Below, piece by piece: positions 48,822 through 60,760 of a stretch of 64,000 nucleotides of DNA (positions within the stretch are counted from its first letter, which is position 1; the number at the start of each line of letters is the position of its first letter). The notes under the pieces are model-generated. The model ran no database searches. It worked only from the letters and a program-made list of their open reading frames with translations, and was not told where the DNA came from. The stretch comes from Raillietiella orientalis (lineage: Eukaryota), in contig JAYWIR010000005.1 in NCBI GenBank assembly GCA_036172245.1, positions 1,674,001-1,738,000 of the forward strand, in the 5' to 3' direction. The position numbers were made by a program, and so were the translations under genes.

Positions 48822-48959
48822 GTATGATTTTACTTACATCTAAGTGGTTTTTGCGTTCATAAAAGAGTGGGCTCAGGCATGTTCATTGTAAAGCATGCAG
48901 TCCCTTTTGCAAGCCTGAAGAATGTTGATTGTTTTTTTTCTTCTTTCCCCCCCTTGTAG

Positions 48960-49131
48960 ATGATTCCGAACAGTTAATTGTCATATCGAACTGTCAGCTG
49001 ATTGGAAAAATCCAGGAACATGAAATCTTTAAGGTCACAAAAGTTTCGGCGTTGTCACTTAATAAAGAGTTTAGTGTCTCAGCCCTAAATTTTGATTTAG
49101 TTCCGAAATACAAACAGTTCGGTAATACCAA
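48960..49131 (+). CDS. INPP5F: Sac2/INPP5F coding exon 3
   Basis: Polypyrimidine tract + TGTAG|; DDSEQLIVISNCQLIGKIQEHEIFKVTKVSALSL matches the SAC N-terminal LILI..VGKL..HEVCKVTKIAVLSL; donor AA|GTAAGT, phase 2. Confidence 0.9.
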
Positions 49132-51419
49132 GTAAGTAAACAAAGTTCCTTTTCTTTTCCACAAGCTTTCGGACTTCTATTCCTTGTACAGAGATTGAAC
49201 TTTTCTCATTGCCAAATGTATCTGCAATTTAAATTAATTCTGGTTCCTCTGAACCGTCAATTAGACAGAATGCAAGCTAGTATATTTTAGACTGTTCATT
49301 GAATACAAGTTTAGATTTCTTTGTTGTTAATGAGCAGATTTAATGTTGCATGGTTGGTGAACTTGTTTACATATTTAATATAACCAAGTTTAAGGACTAT
49401 GTTAATAGAATGATCATGATTTAAGTCTGTACTTACACAAAACCTTAAATCATAAGACGAATTTAGAATTTACAAATTGCTGCTGCATTGTTTGCCAGTT
49501 TGGGTAATAACAAACTGACTTATTAGGGTAAATAGGAACTTTCAGTTGATGTGCATTCATTATCAGCAAACATGGATGCTGCATGTTTAAGAAACATACC
49601 TGCCTAAGTGATTAACATTCATCTTTTTAATGGGTATTCAGCTCTATGAACACTGATAGGTTTTCTTACATGAGCTGACAAGGAAAAATGAACAATGATA
49701 AACAATTCAGCTTATCATAATACAGGTGTAATTTTTCAACATATTAATAAGATTCATTACTTGTATGATTTTTCAAGGCATTTATTTTCAGTAAGGCAAC
49801 AATCAAAATATTTAAAGTTGAAGGATTGTTTAAAAACAAATGATGCTTTCTTGAGATTCCGATTGCCTTCAGTGAGAAAGTGGTGAACATGAGAGAGGCT
49901 TTGCAATTTGCAAAGTTATGAGTTCTTTTTTGTTTTCTCAATGCAAGTGTACAATTTTGTAGTTTGCTTGTTTGGTATAGTTTCTTTTTGTACTGCTAGT
50001 TCAGTCACAAATTCTGTAAACCACTTCTGGATTTTTTGTATCTTGAGACAAAAAATCCAGAAGACAAACAGTAGATACTGAAGCTTTTTGGTTTTGCATT
50101 GAAAATATCCAAATCACACTGGATGTAGACTAACATGACAAATATAAAGTGAAACTTTGCAGTTTCTAGTTTGCACATGTTAACAGCCAAACAAGTTCCA
50201 TTTATTATATCAGTTTATTGACTTTAATGCTCCCAGATGTAGTGAAACAAACAACCCCAGTAGTTTACTGAGCTAAGCTTATGCATTTGCTAATTTTACG
50301 GTTCAATTCTTGAATAATCACTAGCAAGAAATGATAACATGGAGCCAATAAAAAAATAGAAACCAATCAAAATTTCGCTTTCTTTTTTCTAGAAAGATAA
50401 TTCAACCTAATGTGTTTTTCAATGCTGTGGGATTAGTTAAAAGTAATTTTTACTGTTGATACAAACTGAAACATTCAGTTTTCTTTATTAAGATGTAGAA
50501 TTATCAATCTCAGAAAAGGAATGCTAAGTTATGGATTCCACATGGTTTGCCATTGAGTACACACATGGATACACAGCTGTGTACATCAACATACAAGTGT
50601 CAAATATAATAAAGAAAGATGTTTAACAGAAATGCATGTAATGATGAATGAGAATCTTGGAATGTTTTCAGAAACAGAAAAGTAACAAAAGCACATCCAA
50701 GTAAAATGACAGCTTAATGTGTTAATTTTATGCATTTCTTTTTTACCTAATGTAGCAGAAGGACTTGATTTAATTTTTCACCCCGAGATTGTTATGGGTT
50801 GGGTTATTCGTATGAATCACATATTCTGCTTAGCAGCTGTTTTGCCAAGAAGTGCTCAGAAATTGCATTCACATGTAAAGAGTGGGAAGTGTTCCCCAGA
50901 ATTTTTCTTTTTTTTTTTTTTAAATTGCAAACAAAAAGTGCAATGTTCTGAGTGTTCTTCCCTTTTAAGATGAGGTCTAGCACTGTTTTTCAGTCAGGGC
51001 AGTCAGGACATTATTATACAAATTATAATAATGTTAATTTGTATAATAATGTCCTGACTGCCCTGATTCAGCTTGCAAATGCATTTATTCAATTTCCCAC
51101 TCTTCTCAAAATCCTTGTGAATGTCCGACACTGGTTTTTCCATTTTCTCCAATGATTATCCTGTTCGCTATTCATTTCCCATAATGATATTTGTGTTTCA
51201 TGTCTGGAGCCTTAGTTTACTTTTTTCGAGTTGGTCACTGTCGTAATTAAAGGTGGGTGTGTACCTTGTATATGTAATGCGATCCCGAGGAGGAAATGCT
51301 GAAGGGATGTTTGGGTTGAAGTCGTGTTGCTTTTGACAAAACGAATTTGCCGTGGGGAAAAAGCTAATCTTTTTTTATAATCAAAAAGAAAAAAACGTTT
51401 TTGCGACGAATTTCTCCCA

Positions 51420-53300
51420 AGTTTAGTGGTAAAGGGAAAACACTCCAGTCGATCGACCGTTGGTCAGCTTCAACTTGAGTTTATTTGCATGTTGTTTGCC
51501 TGGTGCCTTTCTTATGTATTCGTAATTGGAATGTGCCAAGGACTCGATACGATGCCAAGTTCTGGAAGTTTCCAAAGTAATTTTTTTTTGCAGTGGTTCC
51601 TCTTTTTTGTTATTGAGAAGAACCGGATCGCAGTCGGGACGGGAAGGTTATAGAAGGGACGATCCATGCCGGGAATTCTTTCCTCTTACAACGAGGAGGT
51701 ACATTCCACGGATGGTGAAAGGGTTGATCCTTGATGGGATCAGCTGCGCCGTGGGACTGAGGTGGTGTTTCTTCACAGCAACTTCTTTGGGGTGTGTTGA
51801 ATAGACGAAAAAGTCAGCAGCTTGTGAAGAATGATTTGCAAGCAGCACGCAAACGGGTGATGCATTATGGAAGTGGAAAATGAGTCACTGGAAGAACATA
51901 TGCACAATTCTTCATCCGTCCGTGCGATTCCAAGAACACGGTGCTCCGTAGGACCGAGGCCTCAGTCTTGGATTGCCTGCAGTGAAGTATTGAGAGGAAA
52001 GAGTGTTTCCCATGCAGGATCATGCATTACGTGCCGAATGCATCCCACGACGAAGGAACCTTCGGAAATTGAATTTTTCATTTAATTTGCACGAATTATG
52101 CAGCCAAGTCGAGAGCCACACGTAACAGTTGATTGGTTAATGGATCATATGGGGTAGCGAATGTGGAACGATACTCGGGGTTGAAATGGATCCCCGAAAT
52201 TGAGGAAGAAACAGGATCGTCTCAGCTCATGTATAAAATGCGGACGCCGTCGCACCGTGCCGCAACGCATGTTACTTCCTCGTGTGTAATTAGGGGGATG
52301 GGCGATGATGCTATGGGGAGCAGTGGAAGGACATTATGCGGCTGAAGATTCGCGGCCAGTGAGCACGGAAGAGTCGAAATTGCTCTGTGAAATCATGTGT
52401 GTCAACATTGCCAACTTGGGATGTTTTGCACTTCAGCGTGCAGGCTGATGATCATTTGCACTGGCGTGTGTCAGCTTCGCGAGTTCCTTTTGCGGAACGT
52501 AATTGCTACTGATGTAAATTTTCACTTTCCACTAGCATTGGCAGTAATGCTTCCGGCATTTTGGACAGTGTTATCAGAAGCTCATAAAGGTATTCCGAAA
52601 GATCGGAATTACTCACGTTCGTGCTGCAGTGAATCCCGTTCAGCTGCCTCTCATCTCCACATTTGCTAAATTCTATACTGCCAAGGAGCAGCAATTGTAG
52701 CGTACATTCCTGGCACATAATGTCAATAAAGCTTCTCCGTGTTGGCATTTTCTTTTCGAACCTGAGTGGCTGCAAAGGAACTCAGCAACTCAGGGCGCAG
52801 CAGTGCAAGAGCCTTCCTATTCCTTTCTCTCTAGTTGTACATTTCAAGATGCGGACTCCTCTCACGTAATTTCACGTGTAATCATTTGGATGCGATTTTG
52901 CGTGTCATGCCACTGCGTAAAGAATCAGAAGCAGACCATACCAGCCGCTCCGTAGTTCTCTTGGTTCTGTGGCATGAGGCAGACCATAATCAGTCTGGAG
53001 GTTTCTCCGTGTGCCAGAAGGAGAGTGAAACAACTAATTATCGGGTCGATGTTTGAGCGATTCTTTTGCTTTTTAATTTCACTCATCTCTTGTGCTTCTA
53101 CCATAAGATTGTGGTTGAGGTCAGACTCGGAGTGTTTATTCTTGACTGTGGACCTCCATGTGTTAATCGAGGTAGCAATGCTATTGAAGATTCCATGTTT
53201 TTTGCTAAGCTTTATGTAATAAGCCCAACTGTCACAAATGCTTGGAACGCGCAGTTCTGTTCACATTCATTTGATTCAGTGGTTTCACTTGCACTTGCTG
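51420..53300 (-). mobile_element. Decayed Ty3/gypsy pol (RT C-terminus, RNase H, integrase) in Sac2 intron 3, antisense
   Basis: MPQNQENYGAAGMVCF (about 52950), QPLRFE..FIDIMC (52506..52775), LFPLN..GPTEHRVLGIART..HPFAC (about 51850-52020), INPFTIRGMYLL..SRHGS (51648..51848), NKKRGTTAK. Confidence 0.6.
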
Positions 53301-53469
53301 TTTTTTGTATTTTGCATTGCTGGAGAATTTATTTACCTTTTGGATATTGTGTAACCTCTTACCAGTTAAACTTTGTGGTTTGTAATACTCACGAAGCTGT
53401 TGCTTGAAGCATTTTGAAATATTAATTGCTTGTAAGCGTTTTGAAGATGTCGATCGTGCTCTTTTCCGA

Positions 53470-54600
53470 ATTCACGTGTATTCAGTGTACCCTTTCTGAA
53501 ATTTCATGTAGGGCCAGTGCTCATTTGTGTACTCGCCTGCGTGCATTATGCTCTCTTGAAACCCCGAATATTTCAAGGGCAGGGCAGTAAACAGTGTGAA
53601 GGAGTTGTTTCGTACAACTGTTGGTGTACACCTCACAGAAAAAGTGTAGGGTTTATTTTATGGTGGTTTTATTTAAAAAGAAACTATGGTCCGTCCACTT
53701 TTCTGTTTTCCTCCTTCGAGACAGCAGCCTTACCTTTCCAGGTTTCTTTTCCAGTTTTCGTGCAGTGTTCTCAAAGGTGAACCTCAGCTTCTTGCGATTT
53801 TCCAGATGGTTTCCCCATCGATCTTCCGTCTTCCTCGTTCGTCCCAAGCCAGCATGGAACCTTCGGTTTGTTTTCTGCAGTGGAACTTTGCTCTTGTGGA
53901 TACGTGCGAATTCTGGTCTCCGGTCCTACGGCTCAAGTCGTGCGTGCATCTAGGAGAGCTCAGATTGGCGTTTATTATTCTCAATGTGCGAACACACGAA
54001 TGGTTCCTGAAATGGTCGTTGTCATGGGTTTCCTTTGCCGAATTAAGACTTTGTTCCGGGAAAGAAATGACTCGTCTGCAATGTCCATGCAAAAGTGTGT
54101 CAGCGTTTTTACACTCTCTCCGCTTTGTGATTGATGCGAAAATTATTCCTTCGCCTTTACGGCATCGAATCCATCAATTTCTGATGAACCTATGCCATCA
54201 TCAAGAAAGACGCATGAATAAATAGAAACAACAACAGAAGATGAACTACAAGAGCCATTATCAATCTTGTTGGCATTGGATGACATTGGTGTTCCTCATC
54301 TTTGGTCCTAGCTTCCGCGAAGACTGACGTGTGGTTTGCACTGTCTTTCTACTCGAAGGCATCAAATGCAGGACATTCATGGCATCGTGAAGATGTTACA
54401 AGATGCCACTGTTACCAATTAGTGATCTGGGAATATAGATAGGGGTCTCTGTCCCGCGTAGGCGCATGCAATTTTCAAGAAAATGATATCTTTCCCTCCT
54501 TCCATTCCAAGAGCTGGTGACCTCTCATGTGGGTTGTGTACCTGGCTTTGGCCTTGCGTTCTGAATCTTTGTACCTTTTTTTGTAAAGGTGAACACCACC
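53470..54600 (-). mobile_element. Two decayed gypsy integrase N-terminal segments plus tail in Sac2 intron 3, antisense
   Basis: PIYIPRSL..HLHDA..RKTVQTTRQ..GPKM..IQCQQ (about 54270-54480) and RRVISFPEQ..AKETHDNDHF..PRCTHDL (ORF 53784..54092); tail HLENRKKLR (53653..53847), PLKYSG. Confidence 0.5.
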
Positions 54601-54639
54601 CTTGATTCCTTATTAGTTATCTGATTTAATGTGAGCCAC

Positions 54640-56150
54640 CGTGCCACCGTTGGTGCAGCCAAGGTTCCCGCAAATGCACTCTCCCATTTTCAGTTCTCTG
54701 CATTCAAGTCGATGTGCTTTTTTTTCTTCTTTTTCTGTCAGCATACCGAAACTTACCTGATATTCTTTTGGGTGTACAAATGGAGCATGGAGCTTTTTGA
54801 ATTATGCAATATTTTCGGATGCTTGGATAATGTTCTATCATCTTTGCTTGCCCTGAGGAAATAATGTTCACATCCACTCGTTACAGATTTTGCAAGGTGC
54901 AGGTCTTTTTATTTCTTGTTTCTCTTTGCTGATGCCGTGAATGTCTCTTTCGATGACCTGCAGTTGGGTGCACACAGAGCCATTTCGGAATGCGCTGTTC
55001 GTGAAGTTCTTTCGCGAGTAAGCGATGGTGTCGAATCATTCCTAGGTTGATCCAAAAATGCTAAATTTTTCAAGAGATCTCTGATAACTTGTGAACTTTT
55101 CATTTTCTTCGTAATTTCTAGATTTCGCAGTTTTTTTGTTTTCATTTTTTGTTAGATTGAGTGTTGATTCTGGGCAGCTATTGACGTTCCTTTCCATAAT
55201 CGCTACGATGCGCGTGCAGTGCTGCTGACCGTGCTCAAAAGAATCATTGAATCTCATCTGTACCACGGCGGTTGCACTAGGAGTTTTGCAGTCAGCCATG
55301 ATACATGGAGCTTTACTGACTCGGATGCGAAAAATGTTGACACCATCTTCAATTTATGCATGTGGATACCTGTAAATTATCGCGCAGACTCGATTTAAAA
55401 TGCGTTGCTTGACAAATGGTCCGATATTTCGTGGAACCGACAGTACATAATTATGCCTTCAGGCTCTTGAGATAACCGTAATTATCCAAATAGAACACTG
55501 GATGCATAGTGATCTCTCACCTGTAGTGGGAAAACATTTTCCAGTACCAGCCAGGGACAAGCGTGAGTTTCGCCCACCTTGCTGCTGCTGTTCTGCCAGC
55601 GCGATCTCTTTTGGGAGCTCTGTTTTCTCGTGTGGACGCAGGATGGTTCCATCTGTGGTCACTTGCACTTGATTTCCATGGATTTCCACACCCATCCTAT
55701 CCACTGTCAGGTGGTGATCCTTGATATGCATCGTCCCACTCGTTGGCGTCGGTTCCATTTATAAACAGAACCGATCAATTTATCCGCCTGTTTGTAGCGT
55801 CCCTTCCACAGGTTGCCGTTATTTGAGCTTTACGTGGAAGATATTTCTCTTTTTGAGCATTTCGCTTTTTGAACGTCCTGGTTGGTTTCTTGGAAAGGTG
55901 AAAGTTCCCAGCATGTATCGTATCGATCTCCATGCTTCTCCAGCTGCGAGCTATTCCTTCCACTATGGCACGGTGATGAATAGAACAGCCGTAACTTTCT
56001 TTACTTTTGTAGTCTGCCTTGCTTTGGTCTTGTTTGGTTCTTCCGCAGGCTCGGCTCTTTCGTACCATGCGAGAACACCTTGTAAGTGGTGGTGCTCCTC
56101 GGCAATGTCCAGGTCTTCCGGCCCATGAAAAATTCTCTGGTCCGACCACA
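54640..56150 (-). mobile_element. Decayed Ty3/gypsy pol (RT, RNase H, integrase) in Sac2 intron 3, antisense
   Basis: IFHGP..EEHHHLQGVL..NKTKARQTTKV (55963..56202); IHGNQVQVTTDGTIL..VISRA (55459..55758); HGQQHCTR..RNVNSC (55042..55299); SSKETFTASAKR (54909..55145). Confidence 0.65.
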
Positions 56151-56299
56151 AAGCCCTTGTTTGATGTGCAATCAAAAACGAAAAGACAAAACCAACCGAC
56201 AAACAAAGAAACTCTGCTTGTAAATTGCCTCAGTTTTAGCGAGTTGGGTTGGTCCCGCAAGCAGGAGGACTTTCGAGACTTATTAAGAGTGACTCGGTG

Positions 56300-57040
56300 A
56301 CTACAGGGAATGATGCTACTCTGGTTCGCAGCTCAAGAGTTGCGAACTCGGTCTCGGTGCGTTGTGCCCGTGTCACCCACCAACCGAATGCGCCTCAGTG
56401 TTGCTGTTTCGTGGAGTCCCGCTGATCTCTTCTGCTGAAGACAGCCCACAGCCCTGGGTAATGCGCGCCTTGGTTTTTTCCGTTTCTCTGGATCAGCGGT
56501 CAAAGGAGGCGTTCACGGCTCGCGGGTTGTTTCCTGATTGCGAGCTGCCTTCCGTGGTTTCCCCAGAGAAGCAAGCAGCTTCTTTAAGAAAGGTAGATGG
56601 AATGTAATAATCATTGAGTACGAATCGCCCATCGCTCTGATATAAGATTAGATAAGTCGCCGTACCATTCCTTGCCGTGAGTTTGTCGGTTGAGCCCTCG
56701 TTTCCGAGTCGTTGTAAAATTCGGAAAGGTTGTTGTGTACCATTCTTCTTTGAGGCCATCCGGTGTCGCCTGCTGTGTTTGTGCCGGCAGAAGCGCGCGT
56801 TTCACCTCCCGAGGCGGGTTCAATCCTCGACTGTTTTGGGATATGATTTTCATCCGGTGGGTGTTTCGCGGCTTTTCGAGTTGTATTGCCTGGACACCAC
56901 GACCAACGCGGCAACGGCATCGCGGGTGTCGCCTGTGCGGCCTTTGAGCTGTGTCCTCCCAAGCGTGCAGACACTGTGCTGTCTGCGAAGCTGCTCTGTG
57001 CGTAACGGCAACCGTTCCTCTTACTTTCCACACATATTCT
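56300..57040 (-). mobile_element. Decayed Ty3/gypsy relic (RNase H to IN zinc region) in Sac2 intron 3, antisense
   Basis: AVTHRAAS..AQRP..AIQLE..WYTTTF..GDLS (56611..57033); YYIPSTFLKEA (56493..56759), ITQGCG. Confidence 0.5.
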
Positions 57041-57149
57041 ATCGAAATACCCGTGGCGAAAGCAGGGATCGTAAGGGGGGAGGGGGGGTTGGATTTGGTT
57101 AGGGATTCAATTCGAATGCTGTTTTACAGCACGTGACATTCATGCATAA

Positions 57150-57478
57150 ACTTCCATAAGCTTTAAATTAGGTACTCATTTAATAGGCACTAATTTTCAT
57201 ATTATCAGGTTTGATTCATTACCTACTATTTGACTGGATACATGTATGATACACCTGTCGTCTTATAAAACGTTTAAATTTTGGGGAGCCAAATCCAGAT
57301 GGAGTTTGAGTTATAATTCAATAAGTGTGTACAGTGCTAATTAATTTCGTATGATATAGTAAGGGTTGATGGAAACGTAATGTACCGATCAGCCATACAA
57401 CGGTTGCAGAAGTTAAATCAGGACAGATGCTAGAATTGTGATCTATGGATTCCAATTTGCATATAAAGAGTTCAGGGT
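57150..57478 (-). mobile_element. Decayed gypsy integrase core fragment, truncated by SINE copy 4
   Basis: PDLTSATVVWLIGTL (end of ORF 57318..57821), then IITQTPSGFGSPKFKRFIRRQ (++SD.G..F.S..F+.F). Confidence 0.55.
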
Positions 57479-57479
57479 A

Positions 57480-58265
57480 CAAATTGCCATACCGGTGTCG
57501 GCAGCCGTAAGGCTGCGGCCTTCGCGCGCGGCATCGAGCGTCTTGGGTTCGAATCCCCGTCCTGAGAATGGCTGACGCCAGAGAAATGGGGATGGTTCCC
57601 CGAGTTCTTCCCCTCAGGACCGGCTTCGGGCGCGGCACTGGTGGGACTCCCGATGGCTTCCCCCCGTTGACTCTGGCCGAGATCGGATGGAAGTCGACCA
57701 CGCGGGGAGGTCCTTCCAGGAATCGCCAAATAGCGCTTTCGGGTTCCCTACTCCCACCTCCCACCCCATCAGTTGTGAGGATGGGAGCCATCTCTCCTCC
57801 CCCCTCGGGGCGACGCTCCATCTAGTACCATGGAGCTCTGTAGAGTGTCCGGAAGTGCTCCCTTCGAGGTTCTCAGCGGGAGGAGCAAACAAGGAGCGGT
57901 TCCCCTGCGGGTTTCCTTCAGCGAAGAAATTCCGGGAGAGAGAGGATCGTCTCCAGATTCCGTTCGGAGAAGAAACGAGAAGCGGCCCTCACCGGGGAAT
58001 CCCTCCGGAAGGAATGAGGAAGGTTCCTCTTTTCGGGGACAACCAGGGCGAAGGGTCTCTCCGTGAGAGGAAACGGGGAAGACTTCCTCCTCCGATGCCT
58101 TCCTGGATTCATGGGGGGGAGTCCCCCCTAACTTTCCACGCACCCTTAGGTGGAGTGCAACAGGCTTTGTGAGCTTCCCTAGGGAGGCGAAACGGTGCTT
58201 CCTAGCAAGCCAAAAAAAAAAAGCTGGAAGCAGCCGAAAACAGGAGAAACAACAGGATTTTATCG
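57480..58265 (+). mobile_element. tRNA-headed SINE-like repeat, copy 4
   Basis: Best B-box, GGGTTCGAATCCCC (57545-57558), about 45 nt after an A-box-like GTGTCGGCAGCCGTAAGG; body blocks shared with the other copies; A-run at 58212-58222. Confidence 0.78.
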
Positions 58266-58626
58266 TTTCCGTTGCAATCATGGAGTGTGCCGTGGGAAGG
58301 GAGAGAGGGGGTCGAAAAGTCCCCAAAATTGCCACGCTCTCTGCAATCTCTCGACCTGGTGTGGTTGAAGTCATTTTGTGGTCAGCAGCAGCGTTACGTC
58401 ACACTCAAGTCCAAGTAAACGCTGGTCAACTATTTCGAGACAAACTTGTGCCGCCGCGGTGGTCTTCCTGCACACATGACTGGCTCGTGCGGTTCTACAC
58501 GCACGTTTCACATGGGGGGGCAATACATGTTTTTCCGTTTTGGTCTTCTTGTTCATTCCTGGGTTGTTGAGTTCTTCTTGTGTGTATGTGTGTGTGTTTT
58601 TTTGTGTTTTTCTTTTGTTTTTACAG

Positions 58627-58714
58627 TTCTAGCCCCATTCTGTCGAAGACTTTGGATGTCATCAGAAATTCCGCCACTGCCTCTGTGAAGACCACCACCA
58701 ACGTAGCCTCACAG
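58627..58714 (+). CDS. INPP5F: Sac2/INPP5F coding exon 4 (after a 9.5 kb intron)
   Basis: Long T-rich tract + TTACAG|T, phase 2 compatible with exon 3; (N)SSPILSKTLDVIRNSATASVKTTTNVASQ; donor CAG|GTAGTG. May be continuous with the next exon if the 42-nt intron is retained. Confidence 0.8.
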
Positions 58715-58756
58715 GTAGTGCGTAATCGTGCGTTCCCTCATGTTTCCCTCGGCCAG

Positions 58757-58993
58757 ATATTCCCCATTCCCAAGGCGGGCGACAAGGAACGCATCAGGAA
58801 ACGGATCCTGGAAAGCTTTCAGAAGGTGTTCAGTGACACGGAGTCGTTTTATTTTTCCTATTCGTTCGACCTGACCCACTCCCTGCAAAACCAAGGGCAA
58901 GGAAGCTACGATGCGTCTTCCCCGTTGTGCTGCAGAGCCAACGATCGGTTTTTCTGGAATAAGTTCCTGCTCCAGGAACTCCTTAACATCGAA
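58757..58993 (+). CDS. INPP5F: Sac2/INPP5F coding exon 5 (SAC domain)
   Basis: KERIRKRILESFQKVFSDTESFYFSYSFDLTHSLQ...DRFFWNKFLLQEL contains the hallmark SAC motifs FYFSY.FDLT and DRFFWN; donor GAA|GTAATG. Confidence 0.93.
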
Positions 58994-59247
58994 GTAATGT
59001 ATTCCTCTTCGTGGGTGCTTCAGTGGTTTGTTGGGCGGCTTTTCCTTCTCTGTTCAATTCTGCGGAATCGGTGGTTTGCTGTTGTTGGTTTTCCGTTCTG
59101 GGTGTGGCACAGTTTTGATCCTCCATTCCCCACCCTCAGTGTGTGGACAACAATTTGGTGTCCGTTCTCCTTGAGTCCAGAGTTTGGGGTGCTGGGATTG
59201 TTCTGGGAACTCAGCGTGCGCGCGGCTGACGTGTTTGGTCTTTGCAG

Positions 59248-59370
59248 GCCTTCAACTGGGTCCTCCCTATCATCATGGGCTACATTGGAATCAAAGACAT
59301 TGCATTGCATCACTGTGACTGTGAAGGTTACTGTGCTTCAGCGAAGACGGACAGATATTCTGGCATCCCG
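59248..59370 (+). CDS. INPP5F: Sac2/INPP5F coding exon 6
   Basis: Acceptor TTTGCAG|; AFNWVLPIIMGYIGIKD matches the SAC W(I/V)xP(I/M)xxG(F/Y) motif; donor CCG|GTGAGT, phase 0. Confidence 0.85.
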
Positions 59371-59384
59371 GTGAGTCAACGCGT

Positions 59385-60760
59385 TTGGGTCAGTTGGAAG
59401 AGCGCGTGCTTCGTCCAGTTTTCTCGCCACCGCGAGGGGCTCGCGCGATTTCTCTTGCGCTTCGTTCGTCTTGCGTCTTCGTCACTCGAGAGCATCCTTT
59501 TGCAAGGGTGGGAGTGAGGCGTGCCTCCCGTGCCCGGGGGAGTCTATGGTACGGCAAGGCGCGCGGGGGAGGGATCTGTTCCGGGGAATTAGCCCTGAAG
59601 ACCGCATCGATCGCATCCATGTTTTCGTTCAAGGTGGCCAGAATGCAATTTCTCCCTGACTTTCAGTAGCAGCTTGCAGTACCGTCGATGGCCACACATC
59701 CCCCCCCCCCGTCTCTTCTGGAAAATGAGTCGATTCGCACGGGAGCGCCAACAGGAATAGCGTGCGCAGTTTAGCAGGAATCTAGTCCGCTGTTCCCGGT
59801 GCCAGTGCGGTCAATTGTCGACACCGATGCTGTGCTTCCAAAATCTTCACCTCTTCCTGTGAAGAGATAGTAACCATTAATTAATACTCAGTAATAATTT
59901 CTCAGCGTTGCCGTTTTTTCATTTTTCCCTTTCTCCTGGCTGGGTGTATTCTATACGTGCTCTTGCACTTGAAACCCCCGACTTGTAGAGGGTTCGTCGT
60001 GCCACTTCTAACGGTGGTTTAAACTGCTGCATGTTTCTCAGCTGGGAGTTTCGTTCCGGTGCTGGGGAGAGGTTATTTCTCAGCCATCCTCTCCGCCAAC
60101 TGCGGGTGGCTGGAAGGGCAGCAGGAAGCTCACGCGGAGCATCCGCTGTGCTCCCCAGCGTTTCCGAACGGACCGGAAATCGCTGTCGAGCTAGGAGTGT
60201 TTCCGCTTTTTGTTTGCCGCACCAGGCCATTATCTCGAAACCAACCGCCGCCACCCATGAGGTACTTCTTCCCCAGCCTGCTTCAAGTCTGGTGTGGATC
60301 CTCCCTTCTTTCCTGGAATGCCACACTGAAAATCTGCTGGCGAAAAGCTGCGAGGCCTGTAATTTCAACGGAGGAGCGCCGCGAGCTCTCTCACGGGGCC
60401 GAACCACATACAGGGAGAGAGTGAATTTTCACGGAAACCCCTCAAGTCCTTCGGTGTGGTTCGACCTCTGTACCTTGCTCCGTCCGGGCAACCTCGCGCG
60501 ACGAGTGTGTTCCAGGGGAGAGAGCCGCTGCGTTTTCCGAAACACGCCTCTTCCGTAGTTCGCGAACTGAAGCGGGTGGGTGGTTCGCTTGGTAGCAGCA
60601 GTGAGCTGCTGTCGTCGACAAGAGTCGAGAGGGGGACAGCGAGGCGATGGCCATGGTCTTCGAAGTCGCGGGCTGCTGGTCCTCTCCGGTTTCCTCGTCG
60701 CCCTTGGAGCCGCGGGCGCACCTCGCTGCGTGCGCGCAAGGGTTGCACGGCGGCAGAGGT
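59385..60760 (+). mobile_element. Decayed Ty3/gypsy relic (RNase H to integrase) filling Sac2 intron 6, sense
   Basis: EERVLRPVFSPPR..GVRR..LWYGK..ARMQ (59385..59669); CLPHQ..ATHE..SLVWILPS..TENLLAKSCEACN..RERVNFHG (60031..60558). Confidence 0.65.

Noticed and set aside
53600..56260. Nested antisense host gene in Sac2 intron 3
   Set aside because: The ORFs are broken by stops and frameshifts without coherent splice sites and map in order to RT, RNase H and integrase.
57488..57562. tRNA gene
   Set aside because: Has a T-loop/B-box but no convincing cloverleaf or terminator, and it is the head of a multi-copy repeat.
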